Below are positions 22,601 through 32,726 of a DNA stretch of 64,000 nt, piece by piece. Position 1 is the stretch's first letter. Every line of letters starts with the position of its first letter. The notes beneath the pieces are model-generated. The model was not told the origin of the DNA. It searched no databases and saw only the letters and a list, made by a program, of their open reading frames with translations. This DNA is from Nitrospirota bacterium (GTDB taxonomy: Bacteria > Nitrospirota > UBA9217). The stretch is taken from assembly GCA_963751455.1 (NCBI GenBank), contig CAVVUN010000003.1, positions 160,001-224,000 on the forward strand, written 5' to 3'. The translations under genes were made by a program, and so were the position numbers.

Positions 22601-22954
22601 GAGATTTTCAAAGTAACGTTTGGTAAAAGTGGGGATCCCCTGTAGATATTCAGTGGTCAAGAGCGGGAGAGGCGTTCGATTATGGGAAGACACTTTCGCG
22701 GCGGCGCGGCCCGCATAACTGAAAAAGGTTGCGATGTCCGCGTCTCCCTGGTCCACAACATACCAGATGCAGGCCAGATTTCGGGCGTCGAGATAGCTGG
22801 AGACGAGAGTTGTTTTCCCCGATCCCGCAGGCCCGGACACCCAGACGACGGTCCGCTTTCGACCGTCGTCAAGCAGACGAAAGAGTCTTTCCCGTTGGAA
22901 AACTCCGGAAACTGTCGGTCTCGTAATCTTGGTTGTCGGCGGGCGTTCCTGCAT
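19697..22954 (-). CDS. MalT-like STAND NTPase-TPR regulator with C-terminal SARP (wHTH+BTAD) module, copy 1
   Basis: Start MQERPPTTKITRP with GAGG RBS (ORF-track N-extension is repeat DNA); Walker A GPAGSGKT, Walker B IVFDNYQ, TEGWMAGL, YHYHSLF; WPWPLKIYTLGKF, LWPDSDG, EELYQELMSCY. Confidence 0.88.
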   Translation of the reverse strand: MQERPPTTKITRPTVSGVFQRERLFRLLDDGRKRTVVWVSGPAGSGKTTLVSSYLDARNLACIWYVVDQGDADIATFFSYAGRAAAKVSSHNRTPLPLLTTEYLQGIPTFTKRYFENLCERFNTPFTIVFDNYQDVSDGPNFHEMVVSGIEVIPPGINVIILSRNEPPRQFARLRANNKIGSVGWSEIRFTPEESREVVRTCGQANLTDETLAEVYRKTEGWMAGLVLFVEGTKRAGIDPATLTRLVPETVFDYFATEIFEKTDAVTREFLLKSSVLPSMTPQTAERLTGVRTSGEILSQLHRSHYFIEKRTEENPVYHYHSLFREFLLMKMKSLLSSEERAVILGNAAILLEQSGQIEQAYLFLRDARDWEGLVRLILGHAQSLIREGRGKTLQEWLAGLPKEIVNNNPWLLYWTGLSRMPFSLVESRDYLDRAFQMFKRQKEASGLYLSWSGIVDTFVYSGGSFAPLDAWIAEFEALQREYPEYPSPEIAARGIEGIFCALMYRQPHHPDLPQWARRVEDAVLGSCDIRLQSKLSSQLILYFTWWTGDLVKAKLLIDGLKSSIRNREVDPLSFIVWRAIEATYHWMKADHENCMLAVNEGLRTADENGIHIWDFMLFGAGAAISVITGKSEEALVFLEGMKSAINRSDSMNLIGYYHHFSGLAALFRGDTAAAYEHSQNAFTFASKSGAPFYMAQSFFALGLILLERKERKEGLACLAKAKAIAVSINCKTAEYCSLMTEAWYFLRKREIAAGLKALTRAMTIGRKQGFASNASWLPDRVSFLCTKALEAGIETDYVRELIKKRNLTPPDVMQLNPQSEIRNQQLENWPWPLKIYTLGKFQIVKDDVPVKFSGKGQQKLLSLFKAIIAYGGTDVSRQRLIDALWPDSDGAQAHQSFEITLHRLRRLIGDDKAVLLNEGLVTLDPRRCWVDVFAFEHIIGQAKDVFQGAPRKESVKQAIHFADKILSLYAGHFLELEIEQPWTISLRERLRTKFLDSIVRCGQCLEKAGHEEKAVEYLEKGLERDNQYEELYQELMSCYGKLGQISAARETYRRCKKVLSAGFGVDPSPRTEEVYSRIASQPET

Positions 22955-23014
22955 GACCTCATTTCCAACAACTGGAGCTCCTCCTGCAAGGAGCCGCGGT
23001 TTTCTGAAATTAAC

Positions 23015-23069
23015 GCAGCCTCCCGCTTGCACCCAGCGTTTGCGCCTGCGCAGCGGGAGAGCAGGGTGC
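23015..23069 (-). repeat. Dispersed ~50-bp GC-rich repeat, copy B
   Basis: Minus strand GCACCCTGCTCTCCCGCTGCGCAGGCGCAAACGCTGGGTGCAAGCGGG. Confidence 0.7.
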
Positions 23070-23281
23070 TGTCGCGTCTCACCCCATTGTGGGCCAGAAT
23101 CGCCAATTTTACAAGAACGAATATCGGAAATCAGGCTGAGAATTCTGTCATCAACTTTACCTTGACACACCCATTCGCATAATAACATCTCAAAGCGGCG
23201 CGTGACCTGTGTGTTCAAACTTCTACCGGGAGTTGCCAATATTATCTTTTGATCGCCTTAACACTTCGTAGGTGAAACAAA

Positions 23282-23310
23282 TAAAGGCTGCTGTTGTCCA
23301 GCAACCTTTA
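23282..23310 (-). terminator. Probable intrinsic terminator of the aconitase gene
   Basis: Minus strand AAAGGTTGCTG-gacaa-CAGCAGCCTTT followed by ATTTGTTT. Confidence 0.55.
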
Positions 23311-23346
23311 ATTATTGAGTGATACTATGCCGGAGCTTGATTTAAC

Positions 23347-25284
23347 TTACGTGCTCTGCGCTCTTGTGTAATTTAGCATCCCGCCCGCAAGAAGAATGTC
23401 CCTCTGTCTTGCGCTTAAGGAATATTTGAGCGTGATGGTTTTCCCGCCTGATGTTTTCAAGACAAGGTCCGTGCCCTTCGCGAGGGCGGCCTTTATGTCG
23501 CTGATCTCAACTTTATCATTCGCTGCTACTACGTCATAATCCGCTTCACTCGCAAAGGTGAGCGGCAGAATGCCGAAATTGATCAGGTTTGCGGCATGGA
23601 TCCGCTCGAACGACTTCGCGACGACCGCCCTCACGCCTAGGTACATCGGGCAGATCGCGGCATGCTCGCGGCTTGAACCCTGTCCGTAGCTTGCCCCGGC
23701 AATAACAATATTATGTGTTCCTGCCTTCTTGTTCTCGAGCGCATGCTTGGAGAAGGTCGCATCCACTCCCTCGAACACGAACTCTGCGTATTTCGGAATG
23801 TTCGACCGGTACTTCAATCTCGATCCTGCGGGCATGATATGGTCCGTCGTTATTTTGTCACCGACCTTGATAGTGACGATTCCTTTAATAGCATCCGGAA
23901 GAGCTTCCGCTGCGGGCGGATCTCCGATATTCGGTCCCCGCGAGATCGTGATTGACAACGGATCCTTCGAGGGAGGGAGAATCATCGAATCATCGATCCA
24001 GAATTCCGATGGAATTTCGATTGCCGGATATGGTATGCCGAGCTCGCGCGGGTCAGTGATCGCGCCGGTAAGGGCGGCAGCAACCGCTGCTTCCGAGCTT
24101 GCAAGAAATACTTTCGCGCTCTTCGTTCCAGAGCGCCCTTCGAAATTACGGTTGCTTGTCCGGATCGATACTGCGTCTGTTTTGGGCGCCTGGCCCGCGC
24201 CTATGCAGAAACCGCACGTCGATTCCAGCACCCGGGCGCCGGCCGAGACGATGTCGGCAAGCGCGCCGTTTTTTGCAATCATCTCCATCACCTGCCGGGA
24301 CCCCGGTGCAACCCCGAAACTTACGTCCGAGAACACCCGCCTGCCTTTGAGCATCGAAGCCACGATCATAAGATCACGATACGAAGAATTGGTGCATGAG
24401 CCCACCATTACCTGATCCACCTTGGTTCCCGCAAGCTCCTTCACGGTCCCGATGTTATCCGGCGAATGCGGCTTTGCCACCAACGGTTCCACTGTCCTGA
24501 GGTCAAGATCGATAACCTTGTGGTACTCTGCGTCAGTATCGGCCGCAAGCGCAACCCATTCGTTCTCCCTGCGCTGTGCCTTCAAAAACGCTTTGGTGAG
24601 CTCGTCGCTCGGAAAAACAGAGGTTGTCACACCGAGTTCCGCGCCCATGTTCGTAATGGTCGCGCGTTCCGGCACGGTCAGGGTTTTTACACCATCCCCG
24701 CCGTATTCGATGACGGTCCCCACATTGCCTTTGGTGGTCAGCATTCTCAGAATAGTGAGAATAACATCCTTTGACGATACCCACGGCTGCAGCCTGCCGG
24801 TGAGGTTGACTTTTACCACTTTGGGGCAGGTCAGATAGAATGCTCCGCCGCCCATCGCGACCGCGACATCAAGACCGCCCGCGCCGATCGCGATCATGCC
24901 GATGCCGCCGCCGGTCGGCGTGTGAGAATCGGAACCCAGAAGCGTCTTGCCGGGCCTTCCGAAACGCTCGAGATGAACCTGGTGACAGATGCCGTTTCCC
25001 GCCTTTGAGTAGTAAACACCGTATCGTGATGCCACGGTTTGAAGGTACCTGTGGTCGTCGGCGTTTTCGAACCCGTCCTGGAGCGTGTTGTGATCAACGT
25101 AGCTTACCGAAAGTTCCGTCATTGCCCTCGGCACGCCCATCGCCTCGAATTGAAGGTACGTCATGGTGCCGGTAGCATCCTGCGTAAGGGTCTGGTCGAT
25201 TTTTATCGCGATCTCCGAACCCGCCTCAAGGTTGCCCTCTACCAGATGCGATTCGAGTATTTTATAAACGAGATTTTTCCCCAT
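23347..25284 (-). CDS. Aconitate hydratase (short ~645-aa type)
   Basis: TQDATG, DHN, GICHQ, GSDSHT, GSCTNS, CGFCIG, TSNRNFEGR, ITTDHI, YGQGSSREHAA. Confidence 0.93.
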   Translation of the reverse strand: MGKNLVYKILESHLVEGNLEAGSEIAIKIDQTLTQDATGTMTYLQFEAMGVPRAMTELSVSYVDHNTLQDGFENADDHRYLQTVASRYGVYYSKAGNGICHQVHLERFGRPGKTLLGSDSHTPTGGGIGMIAIGAGGLDVAVAMGGGAFYLTCPKVVKVNLTGRLQPWVSSKDVILTILRMLTTKGNVGTVIEYGGDGVKTLTVPERATITNMGAELGVTTSVFPSDELTKAFLKAQRRENEWVALAADTDAEYHKVIDLDLRTVEPLVAKPHSPDNIGTVKELAGTKVDQVMVGSCTNSSYRDLMIVASMLKGRRVFSDVSFGVAPGSRQVMEMIAKNGALADIVSAGARVLESTCGFCIGAGQAPKTDAVSIRTSNRNFEGRSGTKSAKVFLASSEAAVAAALTGAITDPRELGIPYPAIEIPSEFWIDDSMILPPSKDPLSITISRGPNIGDPPAAEALPDAIKGIVTIKVGDKITTDHIMPAGSRLKYRSNIPKYAEFVFEGVDATFSKHALENKKAGTHNIVIAGASYGQGSSREHAAICPMYLGVRAVVAKSFERIHAANLINFGILPLTFASEADYDVVAANDKVEISDIKAALAKGTDLVLKTSGGKTITLKYSLSARQRDILLAGGMLNYTRAQST

Positions 25285-25580
25285 GCCTGCTCCTCGATTC
25301 CTTTTAACAATGATGCTGCATTATGATTTTCCGCGACATTATAGGGCAAGAGAGCTTGCAAGGCAAATCAAATTTAAGGCGGTCCCCTGACCAAATGGAA
25401 AGACTCGGACGAAGCCCAGGCTGCGTGCACGAATCGACGCAAAGGCTCATCATTCTTTATGAATATGTGATTTTTACCTTGATCGAAAATGAATCTTACG
25501 TTATCCTTGCGCTGTTTCCGCTGTCACCTATAATTTTTTAGGATTTTGCCGTCGAGCGCGGTCCTCTTCTGGAGTCACAG

Positions 25581-28500
25581 TTGGTAAAACAAATTCCCAT
25601 AGCCAAAATAAGCCGTCCCAATGCAAGCGGCGTTATTCCCCGCAAAAGACTTTTCCGGCTTCTCGACGGTGCGCGGAAGCAGCCGATTCTCTGGGTATCG
25701 GGGCCCGCAGGTTCCGGCAAGACCTCCCTCATCGCCGGCTATCTCGACGCGCGCAAGCTTCCGTGCCTGTGGTACCAGGCGGACGACCGCGACTCGGATA
25801 TCGCCTCGTTTTTCTATTACCTGGGTTTGGCAGCGAAAAAAGCCGCGCCCCGCTATCGCAAGCCCCTTCCTCTTTTGACCCCGGAATATCTCGGCGGGAT
25901 CGCAACGTTTACCCGGCGGTTCTTTGAAAATCTTTACACCAGATTAAAGCCTCCCTTTGCGGTTGTTTTCGATAATTACCAGGACGTGCCTGAAGAGGCC
26001 TTGTTTCACGGCGTCATGCAAAACGCATTGTCGCTTGTTCCCGAAGGCATCCATGTGTTTATCATAAGCAGGAACGAGCCGCCCGCCGCTTTTTCGCGCC
26101 TTCGTGCAAACGAAGCGATTCGGCTGGTCGGCTGGGATGAGCTCCGCTTTACGCTTGATGAAACGAAGCAATTCGTCAGGCGGAAAGTGAAGCTGACGGA
26201 AAACGCCGTCGCGGAACTGCATACGAAAACCGAGGGATGGGCCGCGGGCCTTGTGCTCCTCATGGAAGGCACAGCGGCGGAGAAGTCCGAATGTCCATCC
26301 GCGGGCGATCGCCTGCAGCCCGAAGTCTTCGATTATTTCGCAGGAGAAGTATTCAATAAACTTGACGACAAGACCAGGGATCTTCTGCTCGAAACCGCGT
26401 TCCTTCCGGCAATAACAGCCCGGCTTGCCGAAAACATGACCGGTCTCCACGATGCCGGAGCTATCCTGGCCGAACTGAACCGGAATAATTTCTTCACCGG
26501 AAAAATTTCGGGGCCCTTGCCGGCATACCGCTACCATCCGCTCTTCAAAACGTTCCTGCAAACGCGCGCTGCCGGGACGATGACCAGGGAGAGCATTGCG
26601 CGTCTCAGAATAAAAGCTGCTCACCTGCTGCTGAATGAAGGCCAGTTGGAGGACGCAATAGAGCTTCTTTGCGCCGCGCAGGATTGGAACGGCTTCATAG
26701 GGCTCATTCTCGGAAACGCGCAGCAACTTATGGCTCAGGGCAGAAACAGGACCCTCCAGGAATGGATCGAGCGGGTCCCCCGGGAAATGATCGCTTCGGT
26801 TCCCTGGCTCTTATTCTGGCAGGCGGTCTGCCGGGGGCCTTTCAACCCAATAGAAAGCCGGAGTGGTTTAGAAGCGGCGTTCGACCTATTCAAGAAGGAG
26901 GGCAATCGTCAAGGAGAGATTCTCGTCTGCCTGGGCATTCTGGATACCTATGCGGTCGCCTTCAGCGACTTCACCGGGGTGGACCGATGGATAAACGAAC
27001 TTGAAGAGATTGTCAAAGAGTGCGGCGGATTTCCCTCTTCGGAGCTTGAAATCCGCGCGACCTTTGCCTTGTTCACCATCCTGTATATGAGCCGTCCCGA
27101 TCATCCCCGGTTCCCGTTCTGGTTCGAGAGAGCCCGGTCTCTCATGCACTCTTGTCGCGATAACAGCCAGCGGGTGATCAATGCGACCTTTCTGCTGCAT
27201 TATTATTCATGGATCGGTTTTTCCGAGGACATGCCTGCCCTGATGCAGGACCTGCATCAGGCCATGAAGGCGCCCGATGTCCCGCCCGTAATCAGAATCA
27301 TGGGGCTCGTGATGAAGGCAATTCACGGGTGGTCCACAGCCTCGTATGAGGCGGGCCGGAAAGCGGTTGCCGAGGCGCTGGAGACAGCCCGCTACCACGG
27401 CATCCATCATTACGAAAGCAAACTCTACGCCCAGGACGTGTATCTTACGACCATAACAGGCGATTGCGCGGCATCATCACAGGCTTTGCAGAAGCTGGCC
27501 GCGACAACGAACTTCGACAATCCTCTTGATGCGAGCCACTATCATCTGCTCGCTTCCTTCGATGCTCGCTGCCGCGACGACTTCGCAGCGTCCCTGGAAC
27601 ACGCGCGCATTTCTCAAAAAACGGTGATTGAGGGCGGCGCACCATTTCCCCTTGCCTGGGGACTCTACAATCTGAGCCAGGCCCTCTTCCACACCGGCGA
27701 TATTTCCGGGGCTCGTGAATGCCTGGAAAAAGCGCTTCAGATCGGCCGCATGATGAAGAGCGTTATGCTCGAATTCTCCTGTTTGCTTTTGAAAGCCATG
27801 TTCGCGTTTTCCGAAAAAAGCGGCGAGTCCGACGCCGAGGCCCTGACGATGCTCCGCCGCGCCCTCTCACTGGGCAAGAAGCATACGATCATGAATATAG
27901 GCGGGTGGCGGCGTAAGACTCTGTCCGGGCTCTGTGCAAGAGCGCTTGACGCCGGCATTGAACGGGAATTTACATTGCAGCTCATCAAGGCTCACAATCT
28001 CGAGCCTGACGATCCGGTGAACACGGGCGAAAGCTGGCCCTGGCCGCTCAGGATCGTCACGCTGGGCAGGTTCGAGGTGCTGAAGGATGGCAAACGCGCG
28101 GACTCCGGTCGCAAAGTGCAGCACAAGCCGCTCATGCTGTTCAAGGCCCTCATTGCGTTCGGAGGCAGCGAAGTCCCGGAAGAAAAGATCACGGACCTCC
28201 TCTGGCCGGACTCGGAGGGCGACGCGGCGCACAGCGCCTTCTCAACCACGCTTCAGAGACTGCGTGCCCTCGTCGGTTACGACAAAGCGCTGTTCCTGAA
28301 CGAGAGACGGCTGTCCCTTGATCCTCGCTTCTGCCATGTGGACGCCTGGTCCTTTGAGCGGATGCATGAACGGGCCGAGTCCCTGTGGAGGAGTGTTCCC
28401 GACGAGAGCGGCGGAAAACGGCCGGGAACCACGGCGGAAGCATACCGACACGGAGAAAAAGCACTCGAGCTTTACCAGGGTTCCTTTTTGCCCGGTGACG

Positions 28501-28811
28501 GCAGCGAGGCCTGGACCGCGGCATACCGGGAGCGGCTGAGAAGCAAATTTCTACGGCTTGTTCTTCAGCAGGGCCTGTACCTGGAAGAGTCCGCACAGTG
28601 GCGGAAAGCTGTCGAGACGTTTCAGCGCGGGCTGGAAACGGACGAACTCGCCGAAGAGTTCTATCAGCATCTTATGATGTGTTACCGTAAACTCGGCCAG
28701 AAAGCCGAGGCGATCCGGGTTTATGAAAATTGCCGGGACATTTTTTCTTCCGCACTTGGAATTTCACCCTCGAAACAGACAGAAGCGCTCTATTCTTCTA
28801 TCCTGAAATAA
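25581..28811 (+). CDS. MalT-like STAND-TPR-SARP(BTAD) regulator, copy 2
   Basis: GPAGSGKT, VVFDNYQ, TEGWAAGL, YRYHPLF, WPWPLRIVTLGRF, AEEFYQHLMMCY. Confidence 0.9.
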   Translation: MVKQIPIAKISRPNASGVIPRKRLFRLLDGARKQPILWVSGPAGSGKTSLIAGYLDARKLPCLWYQADDRDSDIASFFYYLGLAAKKAAPRYRKPLPLLTPEYLGGIATFTRRFFENLYTRLKPPFAVVFDNYQDVPEEALFHGVMQNALSLVPEGIHVFIISRNEPPAAFSRLRANEAIRLVGWDELRFTLDETKQFVRRKVKLTENAVAELHTKTEGWAAGLVLLMEGTAAEKSECPSAGDRLQPEVFDYFAGEVFNKLDDKTRDLLLETAFLPAITARLAENMTGLHDAGAILAELNRNNFFTGKISGPLPAYRYHPLFKTFLQTRAAGTMTRESIARLRIKAAHLLLNEGQLEDAIELLCAAQDWNGFIGLILGNAQQLMAQGRNRTLQEWIERVPREMIASVPWLLFWQAVCRGPFNPIESRSGLEAAFDLFKKEGNRQGEILVCLGILDTYAVAFSDFTGVDRWINELEEIVKECGGFPSSELEIRATFALFTILYMSRPDHPRFPFWFERARSLMHSCRDNSQRVINATFLLHYYSWIGFSEDMPALMQDLHQAMKAPDVPPVIRIMGLVMKAIHGWSTASYEAGRKAVAEALETARYHGIHHYESKLYAQDVYLTTITGDCAASSQALQKLAATTNFDNPLDASHYHLLASFDARCRDDFAASLEHARISQKTVIEGGAPFPLAWGLYNLSQALFHTGDISGARECLEKALQIGRMMKSVMLEFSCLLLKAMFAFSEKSGESDAEALTMLRRALSLGKKHTIMNIGGWRRKTLSGLCARALDAGIEREFTLQLIKAHNLEPDDPVNTGESWPWPLRIVTLGRFEVLKDGKRADSGRKVQHKPLMLFKALIAFGGSEVPEEKITDLLWPDSEGDAAHSAFSTTLQRLRALVGYDKALFLNERRLSLDPRFCHVDAWSFERMHERAESLWRSVPDESGGKRPGTTAEAYRHGEKALELYQGSFLPGDGSEAWTAAYRERLRSKFLRLVLQQGLYLEESAQWRKAVETFQRGLETDELAEEFYQHLMMCYRKLGQKAEAIRVYENCRDIFSSALGISPSKQTEALYSSILK

Positions 28812-29105
28812 GCCCGGCCGCCCCCTCTCCTTCCGAGGTCACGTGAAAAGTTATAAACCATTTAGACTCGGAAAAGGCGGGATTGCACACCCTCGGTCGG
28901 GGTCCTCGTCAATTTCCGGGAACGTCAAAGAGGAACAGTATAAAACATCCCGCACCTCGGGGGCGCTCGTATCCCATTGGTCAGCATCCGGCCCGGGGAA
29001 TTATACCTTGATTTTAAGCGGACGCTGAGGTATCCTCCGGCATCAGCGTCCGATAGTTTGAAATAGCGCACAGATGTACGACCTGCAGAGGTGAAATCAC
29101 CGTCG

Positions 29106-32100
29106 ATGAAAGAGCTCGGGATAGCCAAAATCAGCCGTCCGAACGCACAGGAAATCACTCCTCGCAAAAGACTTTTCCGGCTTCTCGACGGTGCGCGAAA
29201 ACAGCCGATTCTCTGGGTGACGGGGCCGGTAGGTTCCGGCAAGACCTCCCTCATCGCCGGCTATCTCGATGCGCGCAAGCTTCCGAGCCTGTGGTACCAG
29301 GCGGATGAGCGCGACTCGGATATCGCCTCGTTTTTCTATTACCTGGGCCTGGCAACGAAAAAAGCCGCGCCCCGCTATCGCAAGCCCCTCCCTCTTTTGA
29401 CCCCGGAATATCTCGGGGGCATTCCGACCTTTACTCAGCGGTTCTTTGAAAATCTTTACAGTAGATTAAAGCCTCCCTTTGCCGTTGTGTTTGATAATTA
29501 CCAGGACGTGCCGGAAGAGTCGTTGTTTCATGGCGTCATGCAAAATGCATTGTCCCTTGTTCCCGAAGGCATCCAGGTGTTTATCCTGAGCAGGAACGAA
29601 CCGCCTGCCCCGTTTTCGCGCCTTCGGGCCAACAACGCGATCCGGATCGTAGGGTGGGAAGAACTCCGCTTCACGCTCGATGAAACGAAGCAGTTCGTCA
29701 GCCGCAATGTGAAGCTGACGGAAAACGCGATCGGGCATCTGCTTGCCAAAACCGAGGGATGGGCTGCGGGGCTTGTGCTGCTGTTGCAGGGCGCGGAGAC
29801 GGAGAAATCCGGGACTTTACCCGAAGAGCACCTGCGGCCCGGGGTCTTCGAATATTTCGCCGGGGAAGTTTTCAATAAGCTGGACGATAAGACGAGGGAA
29901 ATCCTGCTCGCCACAGCTTTCCTCCCAACAATTACCGCAGGGGCCGCTGAACAGATGAGCGGCCTGAGCGATGCGGGGCATATTCTGTCCGAACTGAACC
30001 GTCATAATTTCTTTACCGGAAGAATTTCCGGTTCCTCCCCCGCATTCCGTTACCATCCGCTCTTCAGGGCCTTCCTGCAAACCCGCGCCGCCGCCGTCAT
30101 GACTGCGGAGAACATGGCCAAGCTCAGAATGAAAGCGGCCGCCCTGCTGCTGAATGAAGGCCAGATGGAGGACGCGATCGAGCTTTTGAGCGCCGCGCAG
30201 GACTGGAGCGGCCTCATCAGCATCATTCTCGGAAACGCGCAGCAACTGATCAGCCAGGGCAGAAACAGGACGCTCCAGGAGTGGATCGAACGGCTTCCCC
30301 GGGAAACGGTCGATTCCGCGCCCTGGCTCGTTTACTGGCATGCCGTCTGCCTGGGGCCTTTCAACCCGGCAGAAAGCCGGAAGCGCTTCGAATCTGCCTT
30401 CGAACTGTTCAAGAAAGAGGGCATTCGCGAAGGGTTGATCCTGGCCTGCCTGGGGATACTGGACACCTATGTGATCGTCTTCAGCGACTTCACCCGGGTG
30501 GACCGATGGCTAAACGAGCTTGAGGACATTGTTAAACAGTCAAACGGATTTCCCTCTTCTGAGCTTGAAATCCGCGCGACCTTTGCCATTTTCACCATCT
30601 TGTATCAGAGTCGTCCCGATCATCCCCGGTTCTCCTTCTGGTTCGAGCGAGCGCGGTCGCTTATGCCTTCCTGTCGCGATAACAGCCAGCGGGTGATCAA
30701 TGCGGCCTTTCTGCTGCATTATTACATATGGATCGGTTTTTCCGCTGACACGCCTTCGCTGATGCAGGACCTGCATCAGGCCATGAAAGCGCCGGAGGTC
30801 CCGCCTGTGGTCAGGATCACGGGGCACACGATGAAGGCAATTCACGGGTGGGCCACGGCCTCGTTCGAGGCCTGCCGGAAAGCAGTTGCCGAAGGACTGG
30901 AAACAGCACGCTTCCACGGTATTCATCATAACGATTGGAAACTGTACACACAGGAAGCTTATTGCGCCACCATCACCGGCGATTGCGCGGCTTCATCGGA
31001 ACTTGTACAAAGACTGGCCGCGGCAACGAACTTCGATAATCCCCTTGAAGCGGGCAATTATCATATTCTCGCATCCTGTGATGCCCGCTGCCGTGATGAC
31101 TTCGCGGCGTCCCTGGAACAGGCCCGTCTTTCGGAAAAACTGGTGGCCGCGGGCAGCGCCCCCTTTTTCCTCTTGCCTGGAGTCTGTACAATCTCAGCCA
31201 GGCCCTTTTTCACGCAGGCAATATTGGCGAGGCGCGCGAGCGCGCGGAAAAAGCGCTCGGGATCGCCCGCATGATGAAGAGCTGCCTCATTGAATTTTCC
31301 TGTCTTCTCTTGAATGCATTGTTCGAGTTTTCCGAAAAAAGCGCTTCCTCCGATGCAAAAGGCCTGACAATGCTCCGCCGCGCCCTGTCGCTGGGCAAGG
31401 AGCATACCATAATGAACATAGCAGGATGGCGGCGTAAAACGCTGGCAAGGCTGTGCGCCAGGGCGCTTGAAGCCGGGATCGAGCGGGAATTTACCTTGCA
31501 GCTCATCAAGGCTCACAGTCTCGAGCCGGACGATCCGGCGGCAGTGAGCGAAGCCTGGCCCTGGCCGCTCAGGATCGTCACCCTTGGCGGATTCAGCCTG
31601 CTGAAGGACGGCAAACGCGGCAGGATCCGGCCGCAAAGTGCAGCACAAGCCGCTCATGCTGCTCAAGGCCCTCATCACATTCGGAGGCAGCGAAGTCCCT
31701 GAAGAAAAGATCAGCGATCTCCTCTGGACGGATTCGGAAGGCGACGCCGCGCACAGCGCGTTCTCAACCACTCTTCAGAGGCTGCGCTCTCTGGTCGGGA
31801 ACGAAAAAGCGCCTGCTTCTGAACGAGAGACGGCTGTCGCTCGATCATCGCTTCTGCTCGGTCGATGCGTGGTCCTTCGAGCGGATGCATGAGCGGGCGG
31901 AGTCCCTGTGGCGCGCGGCCAATGATGAGAGCGGTCAGCAAACGAGAGAGCGATGCGGCAGACGCTTACCGTTACGGGGAAAAAGCAATCGAGCTTTACC
32001 AGGGTCCATTCCTGCCCGGTGACGCCGGCCAGGCCTGGACCGCGCCATACCGGGAACGGCTGAGAAGTAAATATCTGAGGCTCGTTCTTCAGCAGGGTCT

Positions 32101-32332
32101 GTACCTGGAAGAGTCCGCACAGTGGAGAAAAGCAGTGGAAATCTTTCAGCGCGGGCTTGAAACGGACGAATTCGCCGAGGAGTTCTATCAGCATCTTATG
32201 ATGTGCTACCAAAGACTAGGCCAAAAGGCCGAGGCAATCAGGGTCTTTGATCATTGCAGGACGGTCTTATTTTCCGCGCTTGGAATTTCCCCCTCGAAGC
32301 AAACAGAAGCGCTCTACTCTTCACTCCTGTAA
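29106..32332 (+). CDS. MalT-like STAND-TPR-SARP(BTAD) regulator, copy 3 (frameshifted)
   Basis: Close tandem paralogue of copy 2, split over ORFs 29091-31274, 31271-31702, 31638-31892, 31865-32332; shifts probably sequencing errors. Confidence 0.85.
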
Positions 32333-32449
32333 TAAACGCGGCATGCTCCCCTCCCGTCGTTCGGCTCCAGACAAAAAACTTTTTTTAACAGTTTTCCCTC
32401 TTATCATGTTGCCAATATTCCCAGAATTAACTTTTCTCAAATTTTATTC

Positions 32450-32477
32450 TTGACAACATAATGCACAAATATATAAT
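32450..32477 (+). promoter_or_regulatory. Consensus sigma70 promoter
   Basis: TTGACA-N16-TATAAT upstream of the FadL-like gene. Confidence 0.6.
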
Positions 32478-32726
32478 CACATAACGCGGCAGAGAATTGC
32501 AATATGTTCGGTTATGAAACTATTTTCCGCTTGCGTGTTTCAATAGTATATTTTGCAATTTGCAATGTAGATCAGTTCTATCCGTCGGGACAACACCCTT
32601 CCCTTTCCTCCTCCGCCCGGGATACATCCGACGCAGATTAATGCAGCAAGCCGCGCTGTGGACCCATTCAGCAGAAGCAGAGGCTGTTTTTTATAAAACC
32701 AGGGGAAAATAAACAGAGGAGTCGAC

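Noticed and set aside
22955-23239. 95-aa N-terminal extension of regulator copy 1
   Set aside because: Reads through a dispersed repeat; paralogues start at the KIxRP motif and an RBS precedes 22954
23162-23310. Possible plus-strand sRNA after TTGACA
   Set aside because: No well-spaced -10 or recognisable RNA fold; the hairpin is explained as the aconitase terminator
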